64,000 bases of DNA from a virus. Positions 19,875-31,526 of this stretch are shown here, one piece after another. The notes beneath the pieces were generated by a model. It had not been told where the DNA came from and ran no database searches. It saw only the letters and a list, made by a program, of their open reading frames with translations. Within the stretch, counting starts at the first letter, position 1. Each line of letters starts with the position of its first letter. The stretch is taken from positions 32,001 to 96,000 of IMG/VR virus record IMGVR_UViG_3300032287_003808. One strand, written 5' to 3'. The position numbers and the translations under genes are program-made.

Positions 19875-20791
19875 ATTATAGATAATTTTTTCTCCATTAG
19901 TTTATATGATGTTAGAGGAGAAACTGTTTGTATTAATTTTGTGAAATTTTCAAAACCCATATCACTTGGATCTTTTTCTTTAAGTTCTACTAAATATACT
20001 TCTTTACCTTCATTAAGAAGCATCTCACAAAACTCTAAAGCTTTACTTATAGCGTCAGTATCTAGAGCAATGTATATTTTTTGTACTTTAGAAGTAACAA
20101 TTTTCTTCATTAAAGAAGGTTGAATATTTTTTCCAAATAAAGGAATAACATTTCGTTTTATAGCTATAGCATCAAATGGCCCTTCACATAATATAATAGG
20201 TAAATCCCAATTAATAAACAACTCAAAAGGTATTATATCACGAGATACTTCAGGATTACGATATTTAACATAAGGATCTTTTTCAAATGATCTAGCAGTA
20301 AAATAATTTAATCTACCATTAATATCATATGATGGTATAATAATCATTTTACTATAAAGCCCATACTCGCAATAACCAATGTTATATTTTAAAATATCAT
20401 TTTTAGTAATATTTCTTTTTTTAAGATAAGTTAATGCATGTCTTGAGATAATAGTATTATCAAATTGTTTAAATTCTTTAGGTAATTCAACTGGGTTGTA
20501 GGTTGTTATAGTTTCAACGTTATTTCCGGTTTTAATTAGGGGTTTAAGTTGGGCTAATATTTCGGGCGATGCTTCAACTTGTTTAAGTAAACTTCGTATT
20601 GTTTTACCTTTTTTACCACATACCCAACATTGCCAAGGATTTTTTCCTTCTTTATCTTCAGTAAAATTAACTTCTAATTTAGGTTTATGATGATGGCAAA
20701 ATGGACAAGTATAAGCTTGATTACCACGAGCAGTACGTTTACCAGCCCCAAGGACAGAGTTAACTAAATTAACTAAAAGTTCATTCACCAT
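19871..20791 (-). CDS. DNA primase (Zn ribbon plus TOPRIM)
   Basis: CPFCHH...WQCWVC; ILCEGPFDA; IALDTDA; KDPSD. Confidence 0.92.
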   Translation of the reverse strand: MVNELLVNLVNSVLGAGKRTARGNQAYTCPFCHHHKPKLEVNFTEDKEGKNPWQCWVCGKKGKTIRSLLKQVEASPEILAQLKPLIKTGNNVETITTYNPVELPKEFKQFDNTIISRHALTYLKKRNITKNDILKYNIGYCEYGLYSKMIIIPSYDINGRLNYFTARSFEKDPYVKYRNPEVSRDIIPFELFINWDLPIILCEGPFDAIAIKRNVIPLFGKNIQPSLMKKIVTSKVQKIYIALDTDAISKALEFCEMLLNEGKEVYLVELKEKDPSDMGFENFTKLIQTVSPLTSYKLMEKKLSII

Positions 20792-20808
20792 GTATTAAAG
20801 GTATGAAC

Positions 20809-21267
20809 TTAATCTATAGAAGCAAAATCTTTAGAATAAAATTTTCCAAGAATATTATCATTTATCCATTCATCAGGTTTTTCTAAGACGCTTAATTGGA
20901 ATAGATATTTACATTCATAATATGTTAGGAGTTTTTTATTAGGAGCAAAACATAAAATTTTACGTACAAAATCTCCTTGTTTACCTTGTTTGATTAATTC
21001 AAGTATAGGTTTAGCAGAACCGTAATATGTTTTCCAATCAGATTCTTTTTGAATAGTTGTAGTTAAAGATTTACGCCCCCTAGTTACAGGCTGTTCAGCT
21101 AATTCTTTTTTAGTAAGTTTTTTCTTTACATTATGATGTAAAGCTTTTTTACCTAAATATGTTTTACCTGATGGTTCATGGACTGTAATATATACAAAAC
21201 CGTAAGTTCTTTCAGGAAAATCCTCTATTGATTCTATTCTTTTATCTTTGTATAACCAATTATTCAT
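20809..21267 (-). CDS. GIY-YIG endonuclease (Seg/EndoII-like)
   Basis: YGFVYIT...YLGKK...YYGS...E...NDNI. Confidence 0.8.
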   Translation of the reverse strand: MNNWLYKDKRIESIEDFPERTYGFVYITVHEPSGKTYLGKKALHHNVKKKLTKKELAEQPVTRGRKSLTTTIQKESDWKTYYGSAKPILELIKQGKQGDFVRKILCFAPNKKLLTYYECKYLFQLSVLEKPDEWINDNILGKFYSKDFASID

Positions 21268-21270
21268 AAA

Positions 21271-22224
21271 TTACATATCTAGATTAACTAATACATTCAT
21301 ATCAGTGACTGAGGATAAAGGTAAGGGTTGGGCTAGTTTAGCAATAGCTAATAGTTCATAATTATTATTATATAAACCTATAGTTGTTACAAACGGATCA
21401 AAATATGACCCAGTAGCAAAATTATATATTACTCCACTATTTGAACTTCCGGATATTAAAGTAGGATTTTGAGAGAAATTAAACTCATTTTCTCTAACTG
21501 TGCATTTATATTGAGTTTCATATATGGTTATAGTACTTTCAAATGAACAAGAAATTTGTTGGGAACCAATTAATCCTTCTATAAAAACAACATCTAATCC
21601 TCCATATGGAGTTGAACCATAATTCACAAACCCATAACCTGGGGTTCCAGGGATACCGTCACTGGTTAGAATAACCATCCCATGTTCATATATAATATCA
21701 CCTACTTTTAATGAACCTGTTAATATATTTCCTTCTCCATCATCTATAAAAGAACCACTTTCATATGATAAAGTAAAAGTACCTGGTTTGATATACTCTC
21801 CAAATATGTTAGAAGGGATAGATATTACTCCTATTACTTCATTTGAACCGGTAGGGAAATATCTACTAGCAGGTAATGTGTTACTTAGGTAATTATAAGC
21901 ATTTGGAGTATACGCTGTAGTAGTAGTTATAGTTCCATCTGTATTAAAAGATGCTGTTGTTACAGGGGAACCATCATCTCCATAAATGTAATTATAATAA
22001 TATAATTCTCTAATAGAACGATAAACTAAAAATGTATCTTGTATTGAAATATATCCAGTTGAAGTAGAACCCGAAGTCCATAATGTAGAACTATTATTTT
22101 CTCCTATGAATAAATCAATACCTGATCCTGTTAGGAAGGCTGTTCCTTCAAATGTAAATGATTTATTTACTTTGAACGGTGAGACAACAACGTCTGAAGT
22201 TATGAATGGTTTGAATACGCTCAT
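21271..22224 (-). CDS. Virion tail/baseplate protein (paralog of next gene)
   Basis: C-terminal FNFSQNPTLISGS...TTIGLYN...ELLAIAKLAQPL shared with 22231..23247. Confidence 0.7.
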   Translation of the reverse strand: MSVFKPFITSDVVVSPFKVNKSFTFEGTAFLTGSGIDLFIGENNSSTLWTSGSTSTGYISIQDTFLVYRSIRELYYYNYIYGDDGSPVTTASFNTDGTITTTTAYTPNAYNYLSNTLPASRYFPTGSNEVIGVISIPSNIFGEYIKPGTFTLSYESGSFIDDGEGNILTGSLKVGDIIYEHGMVILTSDGIPGTPGYGFVNYGSTPYGGLDVVFIEGLIGSQQISCSFESTITIYETQYKCTVRENEFNFSQNPTLISGSSNSGVIYNFATGSYFDPFVTTIGLYNNNYELLAIAKLAQPLPLSSVTDMNVLVNLDM

Positions 22225-22230
22225 TCATTC

Positions 22231-23247
22231 TTAAAAATCTAGTTTTACTCTAACAAGAGCTTCTTTTGTAAAGTCTTTTAATAATGGTCTTGACATTTTA
22301 GCTACAGCTAATAATTCATTCTGATCATTATACATTCCTACAGTTGTAATATATGTTTGGGGTTGATTTATAAATTCATCATAAATTACCTCACCTGTAG
22401 ATCCTGATATGAATGTTGGGTTTTCAGAGTAATTAAATTCACTATTTCTTGCTCTAACAAATATATAATCAGATGTTATAGTTTCTTGAGAATTTAAAGT
22501 AAATGAAGCTCCTAAATCTATAGCATTATATAATCTTTGAAGATTTAATCCGTCTGAGTTGTATGAGCGGCTAGGTTCTATTTGTAAAGATTCTGAGATA
22601 GCATATGGGTTTAAAAGGATAGTTCCTAAATCAGGAAATACTAAACCATAAGAACCAGATCCAGCTACATATCCACTATTAGCTAATGATCCTGCTGTAC
22701 CATTTGATCCTGAAATTAATTGGAATACTCTAGTAGAACCAAGAAATGTATTTACAAGAACATCATTTGAATTATCTGTTAATTGAATTTTATTATTACC
22801 GGATCCTGATAGTACTAAGTTAAGTGATCCTGGGAATAAAGATTCTTTATATCTAGCTCTTTCAACTGATATTACCCAAAAGTTAGATCCAGTTATAACA
22901 TTATTTCCAGTACCAAAAACAAAACTAGCATTTTCGTCTTCTAAAATTAAAGCTCTATATTGTCCATACATTGTTTTAGTATAAGAACTTCCTGTTACAA
23001 TAGCGTTATACCAATCACTTCCACTTCCTTCAGAGTCGCAATATACAACATCAAATTGTACAGCTGCGTTATCATCAGTAGAGGCAGTTTGGAATATACT
23101 TAAATAGTAATTTCCGGAAGAATTAGATGCTTGTACAGAAGAAGTATAAAAACTGGTTAATGCTGGGTTGTCAGTAGACCATAATGTAGAAACTACAGAA
23201 TCACTACTTACTACAAAATCTTCAGGGTCAAATGCTTTAAAGCTCAT
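22231..23247 (-). CDS. Virion tail/baseplate protein
   Basis: FNYSENPTFISGS...TTVGMYN...ELLAVAKMSRPL; lies in structural cluster. Confidence 0.7.
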   Translation of the reverse strand: MSFKAFDPEDFVVSSDSVVSTLWSTDNPALTSFYTSSVQASNSSGNYYLSIFQTASTDDNAAVQFDVVYCDSEGSGSDWYNAIVTGSSYTKTMYGQYRALILEDENASFVFGTGNNVITGSNFWVISVERARYKESLFPGSLNLVLSGSGNNKIQLTDNSNDVLVNTFLGSTRVFQLISGSNGTAGSLANSGYVAGSGSYGLVFPDLGTILLNPYAISESLQIEPSRSYNSDGLNLQRLYNAIDLGASFTLNSQETITSDYIFVRARNSEFNYSENPTFISGSTGEVIYDEFINQPQTYITTVGMYNDQNELLAVAKMSRPLLKDFTKEALVRVKLDF

Positions 23248-23264
23248 TATTTATTTATTTTAAA

Positions 23265-23924
23265 TTAGATCTGGTTTATGATAATAGGAATTGTTACTCT
23301 AGCTCCACTATCTAAACCGACAACAGTTAATGTGGCTGATAATTGAGTATTCGCACCAAATAGAGTGTTTACTGTTGTAGCTCTTAAATTAAATTGGGTT
23401 CCTATAATGGTTTTAGAAACATTAGTACCTAGCGTGGTTGTAGAAGTTTGATTAGCAGTTGTAGCTGCTGTAGTATTAATACCTACTCCAGTATATGTAT
23501 TCATTAATCTAACATCAGATATAGTAGCTGAATATCCACTAGTCTCGTATGTTTGGTTGTTACCTAAATAGTTTAATGTTTGTGGTGTTACAGAAAGAGC
23601 TGCTCCTTGTTGTAATGTAATTGTAGTATAACCTAAATCAAGTACAGGCAATTTAGCTGTTCCACGAGGTAAAGTAGCTAATTTATACTTCATGATTTGG
23701 GTTTCTTGAGGAAACGCTTCTAATAAAGGCATGTTTTGGATAGCTTCACCATAAAAAGCAGAACCTGATGGGTGGTTAGGGTTATATAAGGTGTAATCAA
23801 TTTCATCATCTGCTAAAGCAAATTGGGTGATTCTAAAAGAACCATCATTTTTAGCTAATAATTCTCTACCTTTTGTTGTTAAAATTGCGTCAACTGTGAC
23901 TACTTGGTTATTTAAATATCCCAT
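23265..23924 (-). CDS. Virion structural protein
   Basis: VDAILTTKGRELLA...ITQFALADDEIDY tail-fibre/baseplate-type N-terminus. Confidence 0.7.
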   Translation of the reverse strand: MGYLNNQVVTVDAILTTKGRELLAKNDGSFRITQFALADDEIDYTLYNPNHPSGSAFYGEAIQNMPLLEAFPQETQIMKYKLATLPRGTAKLPVLDLGYTTITLQQGAALSVTPQTLNYLGNNQTYETSGYSATISDVRLMNTYTGVGINTTAATTANQTSTTTLGTNVSKTIIGTQFNLRATTVNTLFGANTQLSATLTVVGLDSGARVTIPIIINQI

Positions 23925-23964
23925 GTTTTGTTTTATTATAAATATATTATACTAATAAATATTA

Positions 23965-26900
23965 TTAAAGCAAACCTTTATTGGTAAAGTCTTCAATATA
24001 TTTTCCTATGTTTTCTTTCATTTTATTACTTACATATTCAGGTTTAATCAAATATGGTGATTGAAAGCCTGAAGGTTTGAGTCCATCTAAAATTAAACTG
24101 CCAGCATTATCAACATATCTTCTTAAAAGAAATTGGTTTATATTAATATTTGATCCTGAAATTATGTTGTTTAAAGTAACAACAAGAGCAGGGTCACTAG
24201 GAAGATAAGCACTAGCTGAAAATATTTGGATGTCACTAACCATAAATGTTTTAGTTTCATCACCTTCAAACCTAAATTCATCTCCTCGCTGTATTGTAAC
24301 TGGTAAAGTTATAGGAAAAAATCCTGATCCTACTATATCTTGTTGGTAAATGTTAGAGGAATTAACATACTGAATAAGTTGAGAGCTAGTAGTGTATATG
24401 ATATTAGGCTCACTAGATGACCCAGTACGCCATAAATTAGTAACATTTATTGGAGGTGTAGGGTATGGGTTAGTTGATATTTTAAAAGTACTAGTACTCT
24501 TATAAAATGTATTTGGTTGACCTGCTAACATTGCCACAAAAAATTGATCTCCAGTTTGAAGTTCAGCTTTAGGTACAGTAATTGTAAAATTTATATTTAG
24601 TTCAGTTGCAGGATAAATAAACCCTCCAAAATCACCACTTACAGCTGTGTTTACTCCTCCTCTATTTCTAACAACTCTAGCATATACAGTACCAGTAGAT
24701 GGAATTAATCTTATACAATTCATATTTACTTCAAATACTAGATCTACATTTTCAGTTATAACAGGTGCTGTAACTACATATCTATTTGTTCCTGGTGGTA
24801 ATTGGCCTCCGGCTCCTGGGGTGATATTAATACCTTGGGCTAAGACTTCATTCATAAAAATTCCTGAAAATCCATTGAAGCCTACTTGGTAATCAAGGTT
24901 AGGACTTAAAGTTGCAGTGTAATCAAGTACTGATGAAGTAGAGTAAGGATTCCTGTCTGAAAATGACAATGTAGCTGCAAATGTCATTGGAGGATTTTCA
25001 TAATGCTTAATTTGATTATATAAGATAGGTTCAATTGAAGCTCCTCCTTTAAAAATAACTAATGATGGGTTTTGAGCTACAGTACCTCCACTTAAAGTTT
25101 GTAATTCAATTTTTTCACCATACATGAAATTCTGTTTCATGATAGAAAGTGAATTTGGTGAAGTATTATTTGAGATTAACTCTCCATCCTCACTAATTAA
25201 ATATTTAACTAATACTCCTGAAGTGTTCATTTTTTCAGGCGCGTACCCTCCTATATTATCACTATAAGCTATATATGTTTTTGTAGATTCTATCGTTGGA
25301 AGTTTACCATATGTTCCTGAATCTCCTTTAGTCCATTTATTTAGTTTTTGAGAAATTGATCTACTTCCATTATATCTAGGATCAATGATACGTTTTGTAG
25401 TATAATTTGAAGCTGGTATAGTGGCTTTAGTAGCATCTCCTTCTATTAAAGCATTAAAATTAGTTGGGGTTAAGACACCCGTTGAATAATCTGCATCTTG
25501 TATAAAAGAGTTTTGGCGGATATCAACAGCATTGTTTAATAATGCATTTCCATCACTGTTATAAAAATTAGGTGTGGTAATGTATGGTTCAAAGATTATT
25601 GGATCTTGAAAGGATGCTGTTGGGGATATACTTTGAGTGATTAATAAATTTACTCCAGAAAGACTAGCATTAATTCCTCCTTTAGTTGTAAGTGCTAAAA
25701 GATCTCCTGCTATTCCTATATACGAGGTAGATATTGTTTTTATTCCTGAGAATGATGATGGGAATGTTGTTGATGCTAGATATAATATACTATTATTATC
25801 ACTAACAGCAATAGAGCAAGTTCCTGCACTTCCCCCTCCAGATTGTACTACTGTAAAAGAAGCAGTTATTAGGATAGGGATATTTGGGGTGTTTCCTAAA
25901 GTATATATCCCAGAAGAGGTATCAAAGTAACCAAGAGTATCTCCTAATTCAGATGTATAAGTATCAATAGGTACATCTATTGGAAGGAATGATGTTATTG
26001 TATTTTTAGAGGCAGAAACGTAATAGTTTTTAACCTCAGTATCTATTCCAGAACCAGAAATATCTATATTTTGATTGGATATTTCATATAAATAATAAGT
26101 TGGATATTCATTTATATTTAATACTTGATAAGTAGTATAAGAAGAATTAACATAATCTATAATTAAATTTGTAATTTGACCTAATGGAATAGTATTATCA
26201 TTTCCATTAAGATCTATTTTATTTAATTTAATATAAGCATTACTATATGGATTTACAGATGAAGATAATGTAAGTTTATTAGCTTTAGGAGCTAAAATTA
26301 ATATTTCCCCAAGTTGAGGAACTGTTAAAGAATTTAAAAATTGGTTTTGAGTAGTTATTGATGTACTACTAACTCCATAAAATGGATTTTTATATAATAT
26401 TGGGGAGTAGTTAAATTCTGTATTATCTAAAGGGTATGGTTGATTTAAACTTTGTGTTGTAACTAATATAACAGATCCGCTAAATTCACCATCATAAAAT
26501 TCCTCTTGGGAATCGTATAATGTTGTAGCTATTCCTAAAGGTGTAGCAATACTTTCACTCCAACTTTGAGTAATTCCGAATATATTGTTAGGGCCATTAC
26601 CATCAATACCATAAGGAGAGGTATTTACTCCATTAAATATTTCAAATGAACCTGCTGTGCCTCCACTAAACTCTTCAATTAAAGAATGAGATATATAGCT
26701 ACTTTGAGATATAGGATCCCATACTTGAATAGATTTTATAGCTCCAGAAATATCTAAATCTTCCCATTCTATTTGTGGTTGTGGGTAACGATTTCTTTCA
26801 AGTAAATGTTGTTTAATAACAACTCCAGAAGCAAGACTTGTACGTGCAGGTACAAAATCTTTTATCATTTTAAATAATGAGTTATCAAAGAATTTTATTA

Positions 26901-29900
26901 AACGTATAAAATCAACTAAATTATAATTTTTAATATATTTTTCAAAATAAGCATTTCTTAACTTATCTAAATCAGTGTATGATTGAAGTGGGGAAAATCT
27001 AAAAGCAGGGTCACCTATAAAATCACCTATATTAAAAAACCCAAGTTGAGAATTTATATCATCATTAATTTCATCTTGTGGAGAAAATGCTACTTCAAGT
27101 AAATTAATATTTGGAGTATAACTAGCACTAGCTTCTATAGTTTGTGATAATGCTCTAAATGGTGATAAAGTACTACCAGAAGGTAAAGAATCATTTTCTA
27201 ATCTAATTTTATCACTAACAGCATTTTTTATACCTGCTATAGGTTGGTCATAGAAAAAATATTCTACGTTTGATACAAAATTAGGTGAAGCATCGTAATA
27301 AAAATTACTATCAGAGATAAATGAACTAGTAGTAACCCAAGATCCTGTTACTTTAGGATGAATAGATATAGATGCAGTATATAATTCTCCTCCAACTGGG
27401 GCTCTAAAGGCTAATTCGTCTGGGGTGCTATTTAATGAATTTCCTTCGATTGAATAAGGATTCATAGTGTAATCAGCAAAAACACTCTCACTTATAGGAA
27501 CAGTATAATATCTAATTTCTTGATATGAACCTGAAAATGCTGTATACGAACCTGCTGTATTACCAGATCCATCATATACATTAACATCGTATGATGATAT
27601 GTCATATCCTTCTGGGGTACCTACTGAGAAACTAACAGGGAAATAACTTATAAGAGTATTATCCCAATTAGTTGAAACATATGTTATAGCATTAGAAGCT
27701 GTAAATCCTAGTAAAGTACCATTATCTCCCCCTTCATAAATTTTGTTTTGGGTATATAAAGTATATGTATCTGATTCTTTAGTAACCATAACAGACCACC
27801 AATCACCATCAAAAAATGGTAAATACACGCTTGCTGTTTGCCCAGCAACACTTATATCTGGGTAGAAAGCTACTGTAGCATATTGGTAGTATGGATCAAT
27901 TATAGAGCCAGAGTATGATTCACTAACATAAGCTGATCCTGTGTATGTTAATGTTATGGCACATCCTCCATCCCCATACCATAAGCTTTGAGAGTAAGGG
28001 ATATTTGATGTAGGTAAACCTTCGGTTTTAAACCTAAACATTAAAGTAGCAGGCGTATCATTTGGGGCATTCCAATCAGGATTTAAATCCCAAGAGGATG
28101 AGATAAAATTACTTCCTAAAGTAGAAAAAGCATAATTGAATTCATTCTGCCAATAATCCCAGTCATTTGAATTTACTTTATCTTTTCCTCCATACTCATT
28201 AATCCTTAAAACAGTATCAGGGATACCATATGAAGTAATAAGGGCGCGCAAACCAGGTAAAGTACCTTTTGCTTTAAGCAGGTATGGTAAATTATGATAA
28301 ATACGTTTATATAGCGACTTATTCACATCATCTAACGGCATATAATCATTAGAGGCAGATATTAAAGTATCAACATACTCAAATCCACTAGGGGTTGGGA
28401 GTGAACTTGTTATATTTGGGAATGGAAATAAAGCACCATCAGGTGTTAAACCTAAGAATGCAGTATATAAATCTTGGTTAGAGAAATTATTTTGGTATAA
28501 TTTAACTCCAAAATCTCTAATAGCATCTGCTACTATATCTTTTGATATACCTTGTTCTAAGCGATTGTCAGCATTATACTTTTGTGTAATATCTTTATAA
28601 TAGATCCAAATATTATCAAAATGTTGAGCAACCATATCGATAAAAAGTCCGTATTGGTCGTTTTCAGGGTCATCTCTTAAATATTCAGGAATAGAAAATA
28701 ATAAATTATCTTTGTTTTCATTATCATATAATGATGCAGATAAAATAATTCCCCCATATAATGGACTATATTCGTTAGTACTTCCAAACCAAGTTAAAGC
28801 TATGTTATTGTTTGCAGATACTAATTGATATGGTGGTTCATTATTTAACTTAGGCCATGCCCAAGAACCACTAGAGTAATACATGTAATACTCCCATCCA
28901 TCAAAATATTTTGTAATTTCATTTATTTTATTCTCTAAAACAGCTTTACTTTCACTTACTGATGGTGTTAGTGATGTTGGTCCTGTTATGGAAGAATTTA
29001 TGATAGCTAATGAAGAAGAATATTCTTCTATAAGATTTACTTTATAAAAGAAATTTTCTAAACGTGTTTGGGCAGAACTAAAATGAACAAATTCTTCAAA
29101 TTTAGTATAATCTATATTTATATCTATCTCTTTTTCTTCTAAAAGACTATTTAATTGAGAAAATGAACTAGATACTGGGGTTGAGACTAAATCCGAGTAT
29201 GAAAGTTCATTAGTTGAGTTGTTTATTTGGTCTTTAATTGGAATATTAAAGTTAGGCCCTTGGATAGTTGTAAAATCATTTATCTCAATAGGGTCATTTA
29301 TAAAATCTATATCATAAGCTAACGGTTCTTCTACGTTAGTTATAATCCATAAAGTAGAGTTTATATCATATTCTTCTGGTAATGGATCATATAATTTTAT
29401 TAGTATAGTTGGATTAAGAGGATCTGTGTTGTCTAAAGATATATTATTAGCTATAAAAAGTTCATTATCTCCAAAATTAATATAGAAATCTAAAAAATAA
29501 GTACTTTCTTCTCTTTCTAATATAAAAGCATTAGTTTGTTCAACTATATCTAAATTAGTTAATGTGGTACTATCTAAACGTAATTCAGTTCTGTCTGAGG
29601 ATACTTCTGTTATATAAAGTTGTTGTATGTCAGATCCTATTTTCTTATTTAAGAAATTAAAATAGAGTATGTATTTTCCTTGAGTTGATCCTAACGCTGT
29701 AGATGTAACGTTTTCAAGATCTATTTCGATTTGGGATAGTATATTATTATTACCAGCTGATTGTCCGTTGTTTAAAACGGAGTATTGGGTAAAATTATAT
29801 GTTCTATATATTAAATTTTTATTAAGAGAATATATAAAGAATTCAATATAACTTTCAGATGATAATGATGTATCAATTTCAAAAGTAGGTATTAAACTAG

Positions 29901-29967
29901 TTTCTTGCCCATCGTATGATTGGGCAGATAATGTTATTGGATCTAATAATGTAATTTCTGCAGCCAT
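23965..29967 (-). CDS. Large (2000 aa) baseplate/tail protein
   Basis: LLKAKGT..GLRALITSYGIP tail-P2-I-like motif; IKDFVPART; beta-rich C-half. Confidence 0.75.
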   Translation of the reverse strand: MAAEITLLDPITLSAQSYDGQETSLIPTFEIDTSLSSESYIEFFIYSLNKNLIYRTYNFTQYSVLNNGQSAGNNNILSQIEIDLENVTSTALGSTQGKYILYFNFLNKKIGSDIQQLYITEVSSDRTELRLDSTTLTNLDIVEQTNAFILEREESTYFLDFYINFGDNELFIANNISLDNTDPLNPTILIKLYDPLPEEYDINSTLWIITNVEEPLAYDIDFINDPIEINDFTTIQGPNFNIPIKDQINNSTNELSYSDLVSTPVSSSFSQLNSLLEEKEIDINIDYTKFEEFVHFSSAQTRLENFFYKVNLIEEYSSSLAIINSSITGPTSLTPSVSESKAVLENKINEITKYFDGWEYYMYYSSGSWAWPKLNNEPPYQLVSANNNIALTWFGSTNEYSPLYGGIILSASLYDNENKDNLLFSIPEYLRDDPENDQYGLFIDMVAQHFDNIWIYYKDITQKYNADNRLEQGISKDIVADAIRDFGVKLYQNNFSNQDLYTAFLGLTPDGALFPFPNITSSLPTPSGFEYVDTLISASNDYMPLDDVNKSLYKRIYHNLPYLLKAKGTLPGLRALITSYGIPDTVLRINEYGGKDKVNSNDWDYWQNEFNYAFSTLGSNFISSSWDLNPDWNAPNDTPATLMFRFKTEGLPTSNIPYSQSLWYGDGGCAITLTYTGSAYVSESYSGSIIDPYYQYATVAFYPDISVAGQTASVYLPFFDGDWWSVMVTKESDTYTLYTQNKIYEGGDNGTLLGFTASNAITYVSTNWDNTLISYFPVSFSVGTPEGYDISSYDVNVYDGSGNTAGSYTAFSGSYQEIRYYTVPISESVFADYTMNPYSIEGNSLNSTPDELAFRAPVGGELYTASISIHPKVTGSWVTTSSFISDSNFYYDASPNFVSNVEYFFYDQPIAGIKNAVSDKIRLENDSLPSGSTLSPFRALSQTIEASASYTPNINLLEVAFSPQDEINDDINSQLGFFNIGDFIGDPAFRFSPLQSYTDLDKLRNAYFEKYIKNYNLVDFIRLIKFFDNSLFKMIKDFVPARTSLASGVVIKQHLLERNRYPQPQIEWEDLDISGAIKSIQVWDPISQSSYISHSLIEEFSGGTAGSFEIFNGVNTSPYGIDGNGPNNIFGITQSWSESIATPLGIATTLYDSQEEFYDGEFSGSVILVTTQSLNQPYPLDNTEFNYSPILYKNPFYGVSSTSITTQNQFLNSLTVPQLGEILILAPKANKLTLSSSVNPYSNAYIKLNKIDLNGNDNTIPLGQITNLIIDYVNSSYTTYQVLNINEYPTYYLYEISNQNIDISGSGIDTEVKNYYVSASKNTITSFLPIDVPIDTYTSELGDTLGYFDTSSGIYTLGNTPNIPILITASFTVVQSGGGSAGTCSIAVSDNNSILYLASTTFPSSFSGIKTISTSYIGIAGDLLALTTKGGINASLSGVNLLITQSISPTASFQDPIIFEPYITTPNFYNSDGNALLNNAVDIRQNSFIQDADYSTGVLTPTNFNALIEGDATKATIPASNYTTKRIIDPRYNGSRSISQKLNKWTKGDSGTYGKLPTIESTKTYIAYSDNIGGYAPEKMNTSGVLVKYLISEDGELISNNTSPNSLSIMKQNFMYGEKIELQTLSGGTVAQNPSLVIFKGGASIEPILYNQIKHYENPPMTFAATLSFSDRNPYSTSSVLDYTATLSPNLDYQVGFNGFSGIFMNEVLAQGINITPGAGGQLPPGTNRYVVTAPVITENVDLVFEVNMNCIRLIPSTGTVYARVVRNRGGVNTAVSGDFGGFIYPATELNINFTITVPKAELQTGDQFFVAMLAGQPNTFYKSTSTFKISTNPYPTPPINVTNLWRTGSSSEPNIIYTTSSQLIQYVNSSNIYQQDIVGSGFFPITLPVTIQRGDEFRFEGDETKTFMVSDIQIFSASAYLPSDPALVVTLNNIISGSNININQFLLRRYVDNAGSLILDGLKPSGFQSPYLIKPEYVSNKMKENIGKYIEDFTNKGLL

Positions 29968-30329
29968 TATTGTGGGTTAGCTAAAGAAGTTCCTGTTTGG
30001 GCTTCAATTAATTGTTTTTGAGTATTTAATAATTCAGTTCTTAACTGATCTATTTCTTTTTGTAGTGCTAATATTAATTCATTATTAAATTGGTAATTAA
30101 TATATTCAGCACTTGTAGTTATAAGGTATTCATGTGAATTAGTAGTTCCTAATTCAGGTATGTCATAGAATAATTCGTCATACATTTGAAAAAATTGTTC
30201 AACTGTATTTTGTTGGGCTAATTGTTCAGGTATAGTTTGAACACCTAATTGAGTAAAAGACGTATCAATTACTTTTTGGTAATTAGCTTTATTATATACT
30301 TGCTTACTAAATTTTATTTGTTCACTCAT
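29967..30329 (-). CDS. Structural-cluster hypothetical protein
   Basis: ORF in operon, C-terminal coiled coil. Confidence 0.75.
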   Translation of the reverse strand: MSEQIKFSKQVYNKANYQKVIDTSFTQLGVQTIPEQLAQQNTVEQFFQMYDELFYDIPELGTTNSHEYLITTSAEYINYQFNNELILALQKEIDQLRTELLNTQKQLIEAQTGTSLANPQ

Positions 30330-31513
30330 CCGTTAACTACTTTAAAATAATACTGATCATTAAAAATGAGAGTAGAGCCGTTAATATTAGTTTGAATCAG
30401 GATAGTATAATATCTTTCAGGTTCAAGCCCACTCATATAAACATCAAAATAATTACCATATTCATCAGCACTAATTTGAGTATATTGTTCATCGAATGTA
30501 ACAACGTATTCATTAGTATCCAAGTCTTTTATAGCATAATATGAAGAAGTTGGTAGATAATATAAATCAGTAAAGTATGATGATGTCTGGAATGTTCGAG
30601 GTGGGTATAAAGGACTTGAATTAACTCTAAATCTATTTACACTAAAAGGATAAAATACTCCTGGGTTTTCGTTTAGAGCTAATTTTGCTTCTGTTGTGTT
30701 AAGTATTTTTTCTGTAGATGCTCCTGTTAGTATGGTAGAATAATCTCTCCATCTAAATTCTAAACATGGAGGGTATATTGTATTAGTATCAACACTATAA
30801 TATTTTAATGTAGGTTGAATGTTTTGACTTGGGTTAAATTCAGCGTTTTCATCTAGTTTAGTTATAAAACCATAATTTGGTATATAATCTTCCGCCCACG
30901 CTTGGACTAAGAGACTAACATTTGCTTCAAGATCTTTAACAGTTCTTAATCCGTATGATGCACTAGAAGGTAAACTTAAAGGATTTCCTTGAGTATAAAA
31001 AGGACTCATATAGTTAATAACAACATATAAGTTACTTCCTGTATCATAAAACCAATTACCACCCCCAGCAGAAGCATAAGCTGAGTTATAAGAACTGGTA
31101 TAAGAAAATCCATTTATAGAGCCGCTTGGATTCCAATTCCCTGAACCTGAGAAGTTAGCGTAATTCCAGGATACTCCGTCTTTAGTTTGAGGGGAATCTC
31201 CGAACACTCCTGTTCCATTATTCCAAGATTGAGCTACAGGATAAATTTCTATTGTTGTATCTGCGTTTAATCCTTGAGCGGTAGCTATGAAATTTTTTAA
31301 GTATACCCCAAATAAATTATCTTTTACTTTATTATTTAATATATCTTTTATTTCATCTGTATCAAATAAAGTAAGATATCTAGTTACAACTGGGTTTCCA
31401 GCTCCATTTAACGTATTAGAGACTTCACATATAGCATCTAAACCTGTATTCATTTCTGGGTATTCAGAATACAAAGTAGCATCTTGGGTAGGGAATATCT
31501 TGTAGACAGCCAT
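30326..31513 (-). CDS. Virion protein (DNRLRE/CBM96-like domain)
   Basis: QDATLYS...NTG...V.QSWNNGTG...NYGFI...PCLEF pattern. Confidence 0.55.
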   Translation of the reverse strand: MAVYKIFPTQDATLYSEYPEMNTGLDAICEVSNTLNGAGNPVVTRYLTLFDTDEIKDILNNKVKDNLFGVYLKNFIATAQGLNADTTIEIYPVAQSWNNGTGVFGDSPQTKDGVSWNYANFSGSGNWNPSGSINGFSYTSSYNSAYASAGGGNWFYDTGSNLYVVINYMSPFYTQGNPLSLPSSASYGLRTVKDLEANVSLLVQAWAEDYIPNYGFITKLDENAEFNPSQNIQPTLKYYSVDTNTIYPPCLEFRWRDYSTILTGASTEKILNTTEAKLALNENPGVFYPFSVNRFRVNSSPLYPPRTFQTSSYFTDLYYLPTSSYYAIKDLDTNEYVVTFDEQYTQISADEYGNYFDVYMSGLEPERYYTILIQTNINGSTLIFNDQYYFKVVNG

Positions 31514-31526
31514 TTTATTATAAATA